The notes under the pieces were generated by a model that ran no database searches, was not told where the DNA came from, and was given only the letters and a program-made list of their open reading frames with translations. Below, piece after piece: positions 63,787 to 64,000 of a stretch of DNA of 64,000 bases. Positions within the stretch are counted from its first letter, which is position 1. Every line of letters starts with the position of its first letter. The position numbers and the translations under genes are program-made. Origin of the DNA: Lingula anatina (Eukaryota; Animalia; Brachiopoda); NCBI GenBank assembly GCA_051362555.1, contig CM120645.1, forward strand, positions 21,576,001 to 21,640,000, written 5' to 3'.

Positions 63787-64000
63787 TGGAAAAAATGTAA
63801 ACCCATTATACACAAATGTTAGTGAATCAGTTGAAATATGATTCGGAGGTAATCCCGGCGAGAGGTAGTGCTAAGTTGCGTCATTGTGCAATAAAACATC
63901 GTGGCACATTTCTGGATGACCATCAGGGGATTAGGTAGCTTGCTTTTAAATGGGGTCGACCATATTTAGTAGGCAGATCAGTTAGTCCAGGGACGGTCTG

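Overview
AT-rich, intron-rich animal genomic DNA, probably from a marine invertebrate (the gene content fits a lophotrochozoan, but the taxon cannot be fixed from sequence alone). I reconstructed four genes by hand, all on the minus strand. (1) A single-exon, divergent rhodopsin-like GPCR (5331-6503). (2) A multi-exon SABATH/Methyltransf_7-type SAM-dependent carboxyl methyltransferase (14171-18441+) with an apparent frameshift just after the SAM-binding motif. (3) A complete 23-coding-exon chitin synthase with two C-terminal SAM (sterile alpha motif) domains (24719-46061). (4) Its tandem paralog about 25 kb away (49738 to beyond 64000). Introns and intergenic DNA are dense with non-autonomous DNA transposons (Harbinger-like, Tc1-like, CMC-like, CCGGTGT-ended and TGT..ACA-ended), and the window opens on the 3' end of a Dong/R4 LINE. 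Comparing the two chitin synthase copies shows several recent, splice-site-centred changes. These include independent in-frame duplications of opposite halves of the SWGTRE motif, a 67-nt AG|GT duplication that looks like a nascent intron, and a MITE inserted inside a donor site. Most short ORFs in the supplied track are spurious. No prokaryote-type system (CRISPR, operon) is present.
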